From sequence record KT919973.1: 64,000 bases of DNA; one strand, written 5' to 3'. Below are positions 56,761 through 64,000 of this stretch, in pieces. Numbering within the stretch: the first letter of the stretch is position 1; each line of letters begins with the position of its first letter. Below the pieces are notes generated by a model. That model had not been told where the DNA came from and did not search any database. It saw only the letters and a list, made by a program, of their open reading frames with translations. The position numbers were made by a program, and so were the translations under genes.

Positions 56761-57239
56761 TGAGTGTAGCTAAACGTGGTGCAGATGGTTTTTATGCTCT
56801 TCGTCTGTCTCGTTTGCTTCATCTTCGTTTTGAACGTTGGGAAGCATATCGAATGGGTATCATCGACGCAGATGGTAAGAAGTTGCGTGACCCTGTAACT
56901 GCACAAGAGAAAAGTAACTGGACGATGTTTCATGTTACTGTGAGAAATATCAAGCGCATGGTTGGTGCATTACCAGGTGGTAAAACAGCACTTGATTATG
57001 GCGCGTCTTATTTGTTGCTGATTGAGCTTGCAAAAGAATACGGGTTATCTGAAGATTTCGCGAAAGAGTGTATTCGAGTCGAAGAAGCTGTTGTTGCAGG
57101 TGATGCGGGTGACGGTAGTAGCTCACCAGAGTCGATTGCTTCTGGTGAAACGACTGGTGCTGTAACTAATGCAGGTCCTGAAACTATCGGTAAGAAAAAG
57201 AAAAAGAAAAAGCTGAAGAAGTTCAGACATTTCGAATAA
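56760..57239 (+). CDS. 61.1: T4 gp61.1-like conserved protein
   Basis: YALRLSRLL, AYRMGIIDADGKKL..P.T..EK..WT.FH motif; upstream of primase; low-complexity Lys tail. Confidence 0.7.
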   Translation: MSVAKRGADGFYALRLSRLLHLRFERWEAYRMGIIDADGKKLRDPVTAQEKSNWTMFHVTVRNIKRMVGALPGGKTALDYGASYLLLIELAKEYGLSEDFAKECIRVEEAVVAGDAGDGSSSPESIASGETTGAVTNAGPETIGKKKKKKKLKKFRHFE

Positions 57240-57245
57240 TAAAAC

Positions 57246-57267
57246 GCCTCGGAAACGGGGCTTTTTT
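57246..57267 (+). terminator. Terminator after 61.1
   Basis: GCCTCG-GAAA-CGGGGC then T6. Confidence 0.75.
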
Positions 57268-57269
57268 AT

Positions 57270-57308
57270 GTTTATCGTATCGTGATGCCGTGTATAATCA
57301 CTACACGG
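57270..57308 (+). promoter_or_regulatory. Primase promoter with a hairpin overlapping -10 and the SD
   Basis: GTTTAT-N17-TATAAT; CCGTGTA/TACACGG arms; SD GGAGG starts in the right arm. Confidence 0.7.
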
Positions 57309-57318
57309 AGGTTGAATT

Positions 57319-58377
57319 ATGCAAATATTGATTGATATACAATACGCCAAGATGCTTCAGCATCGATTACTACTCCCTACGGTGCATAGTCATCGTCCAT
57401 TCAAAATCAATGCAAGATGCCCGATTTGTGGTGACTCGAAAAAGAACAAGTACAAGACACGTTTCTGGATTAATGAAGTTAAGACACGTTCTGGTGAGAT
57501 TCATTTACGTTGTAGTTGCTGGAACTGTGACTATAACGAATCGCTGTATACTTTTTTGAAAGATCACGAACCATCGTTGTTTTCTCAGTATCGCGTCGAG
57601 TTATTCAAAGAGCGCAATTCTCGTGAGCGTAAAGAACGCGAACCTGAACCAGTCGTTGAAAAGAAAGAAGCGACTGTCGTTGAGAAAGAACAAGAAGAGC
57701 AACTTTTCTATAATATCACTGCCCTTAAAGATGGTCATGTGATGCACAAATACCTCGAATCTAGAAAAATCCCTAAAGACAAGTGGCATTTGCTTGGGTT
57801 TACTCGTGGCTGGTCTCAAATGGCTAAGACGCTTCGCCCAGATTTGTACGAAGGTGAGATTAGAAATGACCACCCTCGATTGGTAATACCTATCTATAAC
57901 AAAGAAGGTTTGATTGCTGTTCAAGGTCGTGCGTTGACAAACAAACATGCTCAACGATACATGACCATTAAAATTGACGACGATTTCAACAAGATATACG
58001 GCACAGAGCGTATCAATGAAGATGACCCTGTTATTTTCGTTGAGGGCCCGATTGATAGTTTATTCCTCTACAATTGCTGTGCTATAGTAGGTGGACAAGT
58101 CAGTCCACAAAATGCACCCTATGCGGGGAATCGCATTTGGGCGCTTGATAATGAGCCTCGCCACCCAGACGTTGTAAAGCGTCTTCAAGTTCTAATCAGA
58201 GCGGGTGAGCGTGTTGTTATTTGGGATAAGCTCCCACCTCAAATTATTGATAAGAAAGACATCAATGATTTTGTCAAAGCTGGTGTATCTGCTGAGTTCA
58301 TTCAGCAATACATTTATGAAAATGCCGTTAGCGGTCTAATGGCTACAAATCGACTTAACAGATGGAAGAAAATTTAA
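57319..58377 (+). CDS. 61: DNA primase gp61
   Basis: NARCPICGDS Zn finger, CWNC, RLVIPI, QGRAL, VEGPIDSLF, DNEPR, KDIND TOPRIM motifs. Confidence 0.97.
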   Translation: MQILIDIQYAKMLQHRLLLPTVHSHRPFKINARCPICGDSKKNKYKTRFWINEVKTRSGEIHLRCSCWNCDYNESLYTFLKDHEPSLFSQYRVELFKERNSRERKEREPEPVVEKKEATVVEKEQEEQLFYNITALKDGHVMHKYLESRKIPKDKWHLLGFTRGWSQMAKTLRPDLYEGEIRNDHPRLVIPIYNKEGLIAVQGRALTNKHAQRYMTIKIDDDFNKIYGTERINEDDPVIFVEGPIDSLFLYNCCAIVGGQVSPQNAPYAGNRIWALDNEPRHPDVVKRLQVLIRAGERVVIWDKLPPQIIDKKDINDFVKAGVSAEFIQQYIYENAVSGLMATNRLNRWKKI

Positions 58378-58874
58378 TGAAGATTATTTACCTGCCTCAC
58401 TACAAAGAAAACAAAGAACTTGGTCTAAAAGCAATTGAGCCAATTGGTGTGAAAGACCCAGATGACGCGGGTATTGATCTGCGTGCTGCAATTGAAGAGT
58501 CAATCGAGCTACAACCGGGTGATTCAGTCGTTATCCCGTCTGGTGTCAAGATTCATATTGGTTCGCACCCACTACATCGAGTATTCACTGATTTAGGTGT
58601 ATACGGCGCGATTGCACCGCGAAGCGGTCTTGGGTTCAAGCACTTCTTACGCCTTGCAAACACAATCGGGATTATCGACGCGAACTATCAAGGCGAAATC
58701 ATGATCAAGATTCGCAACGAAGGCGACGACGTGCTGCATATTGAGCGCGGTGATCGTATCTGTCAGTTGATTTTCCACACTTACGTGAAAAACGTGCAGT
58801 TTGAAGTAGTTGATGATTTCGACGAAGAAACTGACCGCGGTGCTAGTGGGTTCGGTGAGAGCGGGGTGAAATAA
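58377..58874 (+). CDS. dut: Trimeric dUTPase
   Basis: AGIDL, PRSGLG, GIIDANYQGEI, GDRICQL, RGASGFGESG; TAATG coupling to primase. Confidence 0.95.
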   Translation: MKIIYLPHYKENKELGLKAIEPIGVKDPDDAGIDLRAAIEESIELQPGDSVVIPSGVKIHIGSHPLHRVFTDLGVYGAIAPRSGLGFKHFLRLANTIGIIDANYQGEIMIKIRNEGDDVLHIERGDRICQLIFHTYVKNVQFEVVDDFDEETDRGASGFGESGVK

Positions 58875-59110
58875 TGCACACGCCTATTTCTAAAACTGGT
58901 GAGATTCTAGGTTCAATGCGTTCAGTGCTCATGGACGAGCGCATTGAAGCTTCTCTTCGAATGGATATTGCACGTGACCAAGAGCAAAAAGAAAAGATGT
59001 TGATTTCGAATCGAACTAAGATTTGCGACATTGACAAACAACAAAGCAGAATCGAATCTAAGCTCGATTTGCTACATACATTACTTGACGTGAAGAAGGA
59101 AATATCATGA
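58874..59110 (+). CDS. Hypothetical coiled-coil protein
   Basis: 78 aa, coupled to dut and dexA. Confidence 0.6.
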   Translation: MHTPISKTGEILGSMRSVLMDERIEASLRMDIARDQEQKEKMLISNRTKICDIDKQQSRIESKLDLLHTLLDVKKEIS

Positions 59111-59799
59111 GTGATAAACCCGTCTATGACATTCTAATCGACTATGAGGGATTCGACGTGACTCCCGACGCAGCGGTTATTGAACTGGGTGCAGTTGAAT
59201 TCGAGCACGATTTTACGAAAGTCCCTGACTACCAAGAGCTTGTGAAAAACTCTTTTCGTTGCAAGTTTGAGATCAAAACTCAGAAAGGTAAGCGAAGCAT
59301 TAACAAAGCTACTGTGCAATGGTGGTCTGAGCAATCAAAAGAAGCGAAAGAAATTCTAATACCTAGCGCAGAAGACGTGTCGGTTGAAGAAGGTCACAAG
59401 TTGTTCATTGAGTGGATCGAAGAAAACACTCGCTACGACGGTCGTTCACACTTGTACTGTCGCGGTAATAACTACGATATCCCGTTAATGGCAGATTGCT
59501 TCAAGTACAGCGGCTTGCGTCATGCAGTCATCGAACGATTCTGGAAATTCCGTGATGTTCGTACTCGTATTGAAGCATTGATGTTACAACGTGACATGTG
59601 TAAAGTGCCAATTCGTCGTGACGCAATGCCAGGTTTCATTCACCACAACGGCGTACACGACTGTGCGAAAGATGCAATGATGCTTATCATGGCAGCGCGT
59701 TACGCACTTGATTTAGAAGAACTACCCGAGAAAATGGAATGTCATGAAGTATCGGTTGATTTCACTGACGAAGAGAAAGAGGAACTTGGGCTACTATGA
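59107..59799 (+). CDS. dexA: 3'-5' exonuclease DexA
   Basis: ILIDYEG, TVQWWSEQSKEA, RGNNYDIP, FWKFRDVRT, HNGVHDCAKD. Confidence 0.9.
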   Translation: MSDKPVYDILIDYEGFDVTPDAAVIELGAVEFEHDFTKVPDYQELVKNSFRCKFEIKTQKGKRSINKATVQWWSEQSKEAKEILIPSAEDVSVEEGHKLFIEWIEENTRYDGRSHLYCRGNNYDIPLMADCFKYSGLRHAVIERFWKFRDVRTRIEALMLQRDMCKVPIRRDAMPGFIHHNGVHDCAKDAMMLIMAARYALDLEELPEKMECHEVSVDFTDEEKEELGLL

Positions 59800-59957
59800 T
59801 GATTGCTGTACATTTACTATCACAAGCCAAGCCAGTTGTTCATGATAATGTAAAGAACGCTTACACCAAAGACGGTCTTTACTGCTTGATGATGAAAGAC
59901 GGTATGGTTTACAAATACCCACTGATTAATATTTTCAGAATTACAGAAAATATGTAA
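59796..59957 (+). CDS. Hypothetical 53-aa protein (not in ORF track)
   Basis: Hand translation MMIAVHLLSQAKPVVHDNVKNAYTKDGLYCLMMKDGMVYKYPLINIFRITENM; ATGA overlap with dexA. Confidence 0.6.
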   Translation: MMIAVHLLSQAKPVVHDNVKNAYTKDGLYCLMMKDGMVYKYPLINIFRITENM

Positions 59958-59964
59958 AAAGTGG

Positions 59965-60009
59965 TTGCGTTGTCGATGTGACTTGTGTAATATACTCACA
60001 TCGACAACG
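59965..60009 (+). promoter_or_regulatory. Early promoter enclosed by a perfect 14-bp inverted repeat
   Basis: ggTTGCGT-N17-TAATAT; arms CGTTGTCGATGTGA (59968-81) and TCACATCGACAACG (59996-60009). Confidence 0.75.
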
Positions 60010-60025
60010 AAAAGAGAACAATATT

Positions 60026-60163
60026 ATGACAACGAATCGCTTAGATTGGACAATCGAAAAGAAAGCTCAGTTCATCGCGACATACAAAGACGGTACGGTT
60101 TTAGTTGCTCGTACTCGCGAAGAGCTTAATTCGCAAATCAATGAGTTTGAAAAAACGTTATGA
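60026..60163 (+). CDS. Hypothetical 45-aa protein
   Basis: ATG 60026 after AGAG SD, downstream of the promoter. Confidence 0.6.
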   Translation: MTTNRLDWTIEKKAQFIATYKDGTVLVARTREELNSQINEFEKTL

Positions 60164-60558
60164 ATTTGCATTCGTTCATGTACAAATGGAAAAGATTTTC
60201 ATTTGAATTCAACAATTACGCGATTGAGAAGCAGCGTGGCTTAGTCGGGACTGTTGACTTTGTGATGAAGAAACACTTCACACATCGAGTATATGACCGA
60301 TTCTGTGCTGCTGAACATTCAACATTGCGTAGAATGCTGTATCATACAGTAAACAAGCACTTAGGTGAAGTTCTGTATTGGTATTACAGTGCTGAAAAGC
60401 GTGAGCTTGCTATCAAGCGTGAAGATATTTACATAATATTTGAGAAGGGAATTAAAGGTTGTATTTTGATTACGACGATATATCGTAATGAAAATAAGCA
60501 AAACCATGATAAATTCTTTTTGATTGATATAAGCAGAAAGCAAAATGAAGCAAATTAG
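60160..60558 (+). CDS. Hypothetical protein, possible BECR-type RNase fold
   Basis: HFTHRVYDR and terminal ILITTIY strand. Confidence 0.35.
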   Translation: MNLHSFMYKWKRFSFEFNNYAIEKQRGLVGTVDFVMKKHFTHRVYDRFCAAEHSTLRRMLYHTVNKHLGEVLYWYYSAEKRELAIKREDIYIIFEKGIKGCILITTIYRNENKQNHDKFFLIDISRKQNEAN

Positions 60559-60790
60559 ACTTGGTGACTATATCGAGGTCACTGAAAGACTAGACCAAGA
60601 GAGCTTTTTTGGTCAGTTGGTTGATATTGCACCGTGTCTATGGGCACGTGGTGATTTTCTACGACTTGTTGATGACGCAGGTAATGAAGTTCAATTGAAC
60701 ACTGTGAACATCGACATGATTAATGGCACAGTTGTGAGTGAATTAACTAGAAACGCTCATGGCTTTATGTATTGTGAGGAAAAGATTTGA
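60545..60790 (+). CDS. Hypothetical protein
   Basis: 81 aa ORF in a packed operon. Confidence 0.55.
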   Translation: MKQIRLGDYIEVTERLDQESFFGQLVDIAPCLWARGDFLRLVDDAGNEVQLNTVNIDMINGTVVSELTRNAHGFMYCEEKI

Positions 60791-61230
60791 AAGGTTACGT
60801 ATTTGTAAATCGCTATTGTAAAGGTATTCAAGCTGGTATTCAAGGTGCACATGCGCTTCTACGTCTTGCGCGTAAAGCAGATAACCCAGTTTTCAATAAG
60901 TGGCTGAATGATCACGAGACGATTTGTGTTCTGTCAGCGGCTAGTCATGACCATCTTGAAGAAATCGAAGAGACAATTCGTGAAATGGGTGTTGTTGAAG
61001 ACATTACATTTTTTCAAGAAGAAGGTTTACATCACTCACTAACAGGTGTAGCATTCATTGGCGACGACACGCTAATGCAAGTTCAAGCCGAAATGAAAGA
61101 ATGGCGTGAACTGCGTAAGATCGGCGAAGGTCTAAAGCGTCGCGACTTTGATTCAGATATGTTCTACAAATACGGTCGAACATATGAACTTGCAAAATAC
61201 TTAGAGGGGTTTCATTCTCATCATGGATAA
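60787..61230 (+). CDS. Peptidyl-tRNA hydrolase 2 (Pth2)-like protein
   Basis: GIQAGIQGAHA, W...HETICVL, FFQEEGL..SLTGVAF parallel the Pth2 GK.AAQ.AHA / W....KIVL / D.G..T motifs. Confidence 0.55.
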   Translation: MKGYVFVNRYCKGIQAGIQGAHALLRLARKADNPVFNKWLNDHETICVLSAASHDHLEEIEETIREMGVVEDITFFQEEGLHHSLTGVAFIGDDTLMQVQAEMKEWRELRKIGEGLKRRDFDSDMFYKYGRTYELAKYLEGFHSHHG

Positions 61231-61453
61231 CTTAAATCTTAAATTGACTACTGCGACTCGCTTTGAAGAGCTAATGACAAAACCAGGTGTTGATGTTAAA
61301 AATAGCTCTTTTGGTCCTGAATTCATTACGACTGTTTACGAGAACGGTGAATTACTTGCAGAGCGCGTATTGTACGTTTCACAAGCAGAGCACTTTGAAG
61401 TGAAACTACCTGAAACGGCAAAGCAAGCACGCAAAACGAGCAAACTGCCGTAA
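61223..61453 (+). CDS. Hypothetical protein
   Basis: 76 aa ORF overlapping the upstream gene. Confidence 0.55.
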   Translation: MDNLNLKLTTATRFEELMTKPGVDVKNSSFGPEFITTVYENGELLAERVLYVSQAEHFEVKLPETAKQARKTSKLP

Positions 61454-61458
61454 AAACT

Positions 61459-61488
61459 GTTTATTAACTAACTTTGTGAGTGTAATAT
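61459..61488 (+). promoter_or_regulatory. Putative GTTTA-class promoter, probably serving td
   Basis: GTTTAT-N18-TAATAT; the predicted +1 falls just inside the prepilin-like ORF. Confidence 0.45.
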
Positions 61489-61489
61489 T

Positions 61490-61693
61490 ATGAAATCTAA
61501 AGGTTTTACTCTGATCGAATTGATTGTTTTGATTGCGATTCTAGGGATTCTAGCGTCGGTAGCTGCTGGTACGTTGTTTGGGGCTGAACAACCTACATCT
61601 TACAGTACTCAACCGCAATCAGAGACTTATGAAATTGACGGTCAGTTGATGCAATGTACTCCCGTGCAAGCAGTATGGGACGATGATTTTTAA
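61490..61693 (+). CDS. Type IV prepilin-like small protein
   Basis: MKSKG/FTLIELIVLIAILGILASVA: basic leader, G(-1)/F(+1), E(+5), hydrophobic helix. Confidence 0.85.
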   Translation: MKSKGFTLIELIVLIAILGILASVAAGTLFGAEQPTSYSTQPQSETYEIDGQLMQCTPVQAVWDDDF

Positions 61694-61702
61694 AGGTAAT
61701 TG

Positions 61703-62602
61703 ATGAAAAACTACTTGGAACTTTGTAAAGATATTCTAGAAAATGGTGATTTTCTTGAGAATAGAACAGGCACGAATACTGTTAGTGTTGTTTCGCGTGA
61801 GCTTCGATGGGACTTAGAAAAAGGTTTCCCGTTGCTAACGACTAAGAAAATGGCGACAAGAGCTATTTTCGGTGAGTTGCTATGGTTCTTGAGCGGTTCA
61901 GGTTCGATTTCTGAACTGAGAAAATACACTGAATTATCAGACGAAGATTTCTGTATCTGGCAACAAAATCTCGACGAGCTGAACGAGCGTGCGAAAGAAG
62001 CAGGTATTGTTCGCAATGAAGACGACCTTGGTTATGTCTATGGCAAAGTGTGGCGTAAACGTCTATCTGTAAATGCAGAGCGAGAAATTGTTGAGTTTGA
62101 CCAGATTCATCAATTGCTGTGCGATATTGCAGCGGTTAATGAAGACCCGACGCAAAGTGCGCAACGTCGTATGCTTGTTGAAGCATGGGACCCGTACTTC
62201 CATACTGAAAGTAACTCAGTTGACGTAGCTCTACCGCCATGTCATTACGGCTTTCAAGTGTTCGTGCGTAATGGTAAGATCAGCTTGAAATGGAATCAGC
62301 GTTCAGTTGACACATTCTTAGGTCTACCGTTCAATATCGCATCGTATGCTTTGCTAGTGCATATACTAGCTAAATTGACTGGCTTAGGTGTCGGTGAATT
62401 GATTTTCTCTGGTGGTGATGTTCACATTTATGAAGATCATCTAATACAAGTAATGAAGCAAATGAGACGTACGCCGCGTGCGCTACCTCAGATTGAACTT
62501 CCTGAATTTGAAACGTTGTCACAGTTGTTAACTAAACGCGCAAGTGATTTTCGCGTATATGACTATGACCCATACCCAACCCTAAAAGGTAAAATGTCGT
62601 GA
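61703..62602 (+). CDS. td: Thymidylate synthase (ThyA type), intron-less
   Basis: NRTGTNT, FPLLTTKK, ELLWFLSG, LGYVYG, ALPPCH, QRSVDTFLGLPFNIASY, GDVHIYEDH. Confidence 0.97.
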   Translation: MKNYLELCKDILENGDFLENRTGTNTVSVVSRELRWDLEKGFPLLTTKKMATRAIFGELLWFLSGSGSISELRKYTELSDEDFCIWQQNLDELNERAKEAGIVRNEDDLGYVYGKVWRKRLSVNAEREIVEFDQIHQLLCDIAAVNEDPTQSAQRRMLVEAWDPYFHTESNSVDVALPPCHYGFQVFVRNGKISLKWNQRSVDTFLGLPFNIASYALLVHILAKLTGLGVGELIFSGGDVHIYEDHLIQVMKQMRRTPRALPQIELPEFETLSQLLTKRASDFRVYDYDPYPTLKGKMS

Positions 62603-62793
62603 TTAGTAAAACAGATTATTTTGAACTGAAAACAGGTACGCCGATCATTGTAATTGAGCGAATTGACACAATCGACGGTGAGCTTATCAAACTTCCGTAC
62701 AGCAAAGTTGTTGCAGCTAACGACCCGCTCATCGGCGATTCGCTAACTGACGGCAAGATTCACTATCTTTTTGACTTTGAAATTGGTGAGTAA
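62599..62793 (+). CDS. Hypothetical protein
   Basis: 64 aa, GTGA overlap with td. Confidence 0.5.
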   Translation: MISKTDYFELKTGTPIIVIERIDTIDGELIKLPYSKVVAANDPLIGDSLTDGKIHYLFDFEIGE

Positions 62794-62794
62794 C

Positions 62795-63001
62795 ATGAAC
62801 TTAGGTGAGTTCGTAACGGGGTTGTTGACATTGATTGCGTTCGGTATCGTCGCAATGTTGGTTATTCTCGGATTGTCAGTTGGCGGGCTTATCTTCGGTG
62901 CATGGCTCATCATTTCGGGTCATACAGTCGCTGGGTGGGTTGTATTGTTCATCTCGGCGATTGTTTTCGCTTTAATAGGCACAATAATGAGGAATTTGTA
63001 A
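62795..63001 (+). CDS. Small membrane protein (two TM segments)
   Basis: Almost entirely hydrophobic; ATG 62795. Confidence 0.65.
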   Translation: MNLGEFVTGLLTLIAFGIVAMLVILGLSVGGLIFGAWLIISGHTVAGWVVLFISAIVFALIGTIMRNL

Positions 63002-63291
63002 TGGCGTTACATATTTACGTAGAAGTTGACACCAATGATGGTGATTACGTTGGCGATTTGAAACCGGCATCGAGTGAAGAAGTTGAGCGATTTGAAACGC
63101 TCGTACATCTTTCTGGTGATTCTCTGGCGAGTTGGACAGAAGGCGAATGTCAAGAGCGTCCGAACTCAGAAGTATACCCTGAGTTCAGTGAAGATGATAT
63201 TCAGTTCATTTCTGAACAAATGCCTTACTGTGAATACGGATTTCACACTGTTGAAAAAATTCAAATTGTTGATGTGTTGAATACTCTATGA
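63001..63291 (+). CDS. Hypothetical acidic protein
   Basis: ATG 63001 with GAGG SD, coupled to the upstream stop. Confidence 0.6.
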   Translation: MALHIYVEVDTNDGDYVGDLKPASSEEVERFETLVHLSGDSLASWTEGECQERPNSEVYPEFSEDDIQFISEQMPYCEYGFHTVEKIQIVDVLNTL

Positions 63292-63605
63292 TCAATGAAA
63301 TTCTAGCTTCAAGTAAGCGAATCGACAACGGTCGAACAGTAAAAGACGTTCACATGAGCGTTGTTGAAGAAGTAGGCGAACTAGCAACTGAAGTTCGCGT
63401 CAAGTACGGTACGTCGTACAAAAACGCTGACGTTGACGGGATTCTAGGTGAATCGGTTGATGGTATTCTGTGTCTAATTGACCTAATTTACGTCGATAAC
63501 CCGAACATCACTGAAGCTGAAATCATGAACGTTGTTCGTAACAAGCTCGCTAAATGGGAGCGAAAGGAAAACGAACACAAAGCAAAAACTGAAAAAAAAT
63601 GGTGA
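63288..63605 (+). CDS. MazG-like nucleotide pyrophosphohydrolase
   Basis: VEEVGELATE ... GESVD (EExxE..E / ExxD) all-alpha motif. Confidence 0.75.
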   Translation: MINEILASSKRIDNGRTVKDVHMSVVEEVGELATEVRVKYGTSYKNADVDGILGESVDGILCLIDLIYVDNPNITEAEIMNVVRNKLAKWERKENEHKAKTEKKW

Positions 63606-63611
63606 AAATAA

Positions 63612-63908
63612 ATGACAAATCGTTATACATTTGAAGAAATTCTTGGTGAAGACTACGACGACAAAGACTATCTTGACTTTCTACTAGATGGTTATGGTGA
63701 CTTCCCTGGTGTGAAGTTCATCGACCAAGACGGCGGTGGTGAAGGTGGTTCTGAGTACTGCTACACGATTCTTGAAAAAGACGGTCGTTACTTCAAGACT
63801 GAATACAGCTACTACAGCTACCACGGTTACGACAACTACGGGGACCACTTCGTTGAAGTTTACCCAAAGCAAGTTACAATCACCCAATACGTGAGCACTC
63901 CTCAGTAA
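63612..63908 (+). CDS. Hypothetical Tyr/Asp/Gly-rich phage protein
   Basis: 98 aa ORF; GGGEGG, YYSYHGYD, EVYPK pattern. Confidence 0.6.
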   Translation: MTNRYTFEEILGEDYDDKDYLDFLLDGYGDFPGVKFIDQDGGGEGGSEYCYTILEKDGRYFKTEYSYYSYHGYDNYGDHFVEVYPKQVTITQYVSTPQ

Positions 63909-64000
63909 TGCGTATTGTTGTCGGGTCAACTGCGTTACATCATAATGGTATTCGACTGCGTAAGACCATTAAAGATCTAGATGTATTCGTAGACTCGCCC
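63908..64000 (+). CDS. 5' part of a hypothetical protein (3'-truncated), nucleotidyltransferase-like GS..DxD motif
   Basis: MRIVVGSTALHHNGIRLRKTIKDLDVFVDS; TAATG coupling. Confidence 0.45.
   Translation, partial: MRIVVGSTALHHNGIRLRKTIKDLDVFVDSP

Noticed and set aside
57185-57225. A-rich run encoding poly-Lys as a frameshift or slippage site
   Set aside because: AAG/AAA codons alternate, the frame ends normally before a terminator, and no alternative-frame ORF follows
51066-62602. Group I introns in nrdD or td, as in T4
   Set aside because: Both frames are continuous and of normal length
61703-62602. td as a base-modifying (hydroxymethylase-type) enzyme
   Set aside because: It keeps the PFN Asn of dUMP-specific ThyA and sits with frd and dut; there is no sign of a modification cluster in the window

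Overview
A 64-kb segment of a large T4-like (Tevenvirinae-type) myophage genome. Gene content, gene order and the major capsid protein sequence, compared from memory, point to the KVP40/nt-1 group of vibriophages (Schizotequatrovirus-like). Bases 1-26.1 kb carry the virion operon on the + strand: baseplate wedge gp7-gp11, two gp12-like short tail fibres, wac, gp13-15, terminase gp16/17, sheath, tube, portal, prohead core/protease/scaffold and major capsid gp23. Bases 26.2-33.4 kb are an accessory island holding a CCA-adding enzyme, two inh paralogues and late-promoter genes whose products begin with capsid-targeting-like leaders. Then come a Seg-type GIY-YIG homing endonuclease, uvsW/uvsY, gp35/gp34 on the - strand, and the replication/nucleotide block (rnh, dsbA, 33, 59, 32, frd, ClpP-like, uvsX, 40, 41, glutaredoxin, nrdD, nrdG, primase, dUTPase, dexA, td) with many small ORFs. 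Main observations: (1) a putative cassette of capsid-packaged, injected effectors (HigB-like protein, a protein resembling the accessory domain of phosphorothioation-associated methyltransferases, and a leader-only gene stub); (2) a 51-bp-identical intergenic element in two inverted copies 26.5 kb apart, each ending in a promoter, a candidate origin or ncRNA; (3) a recurring GTTTA-N17/18-TAnnnT promoter class in front of genes that are middle-mode in T4; (4) a small type IV prepilin mimic; (5) lectin/repeat insertions in gp10, gp15 and gp35. I saw no tRNA, rRNA, CRISPR array or intron. All homology calls come from recalled motifs and synteny, not from database searches.
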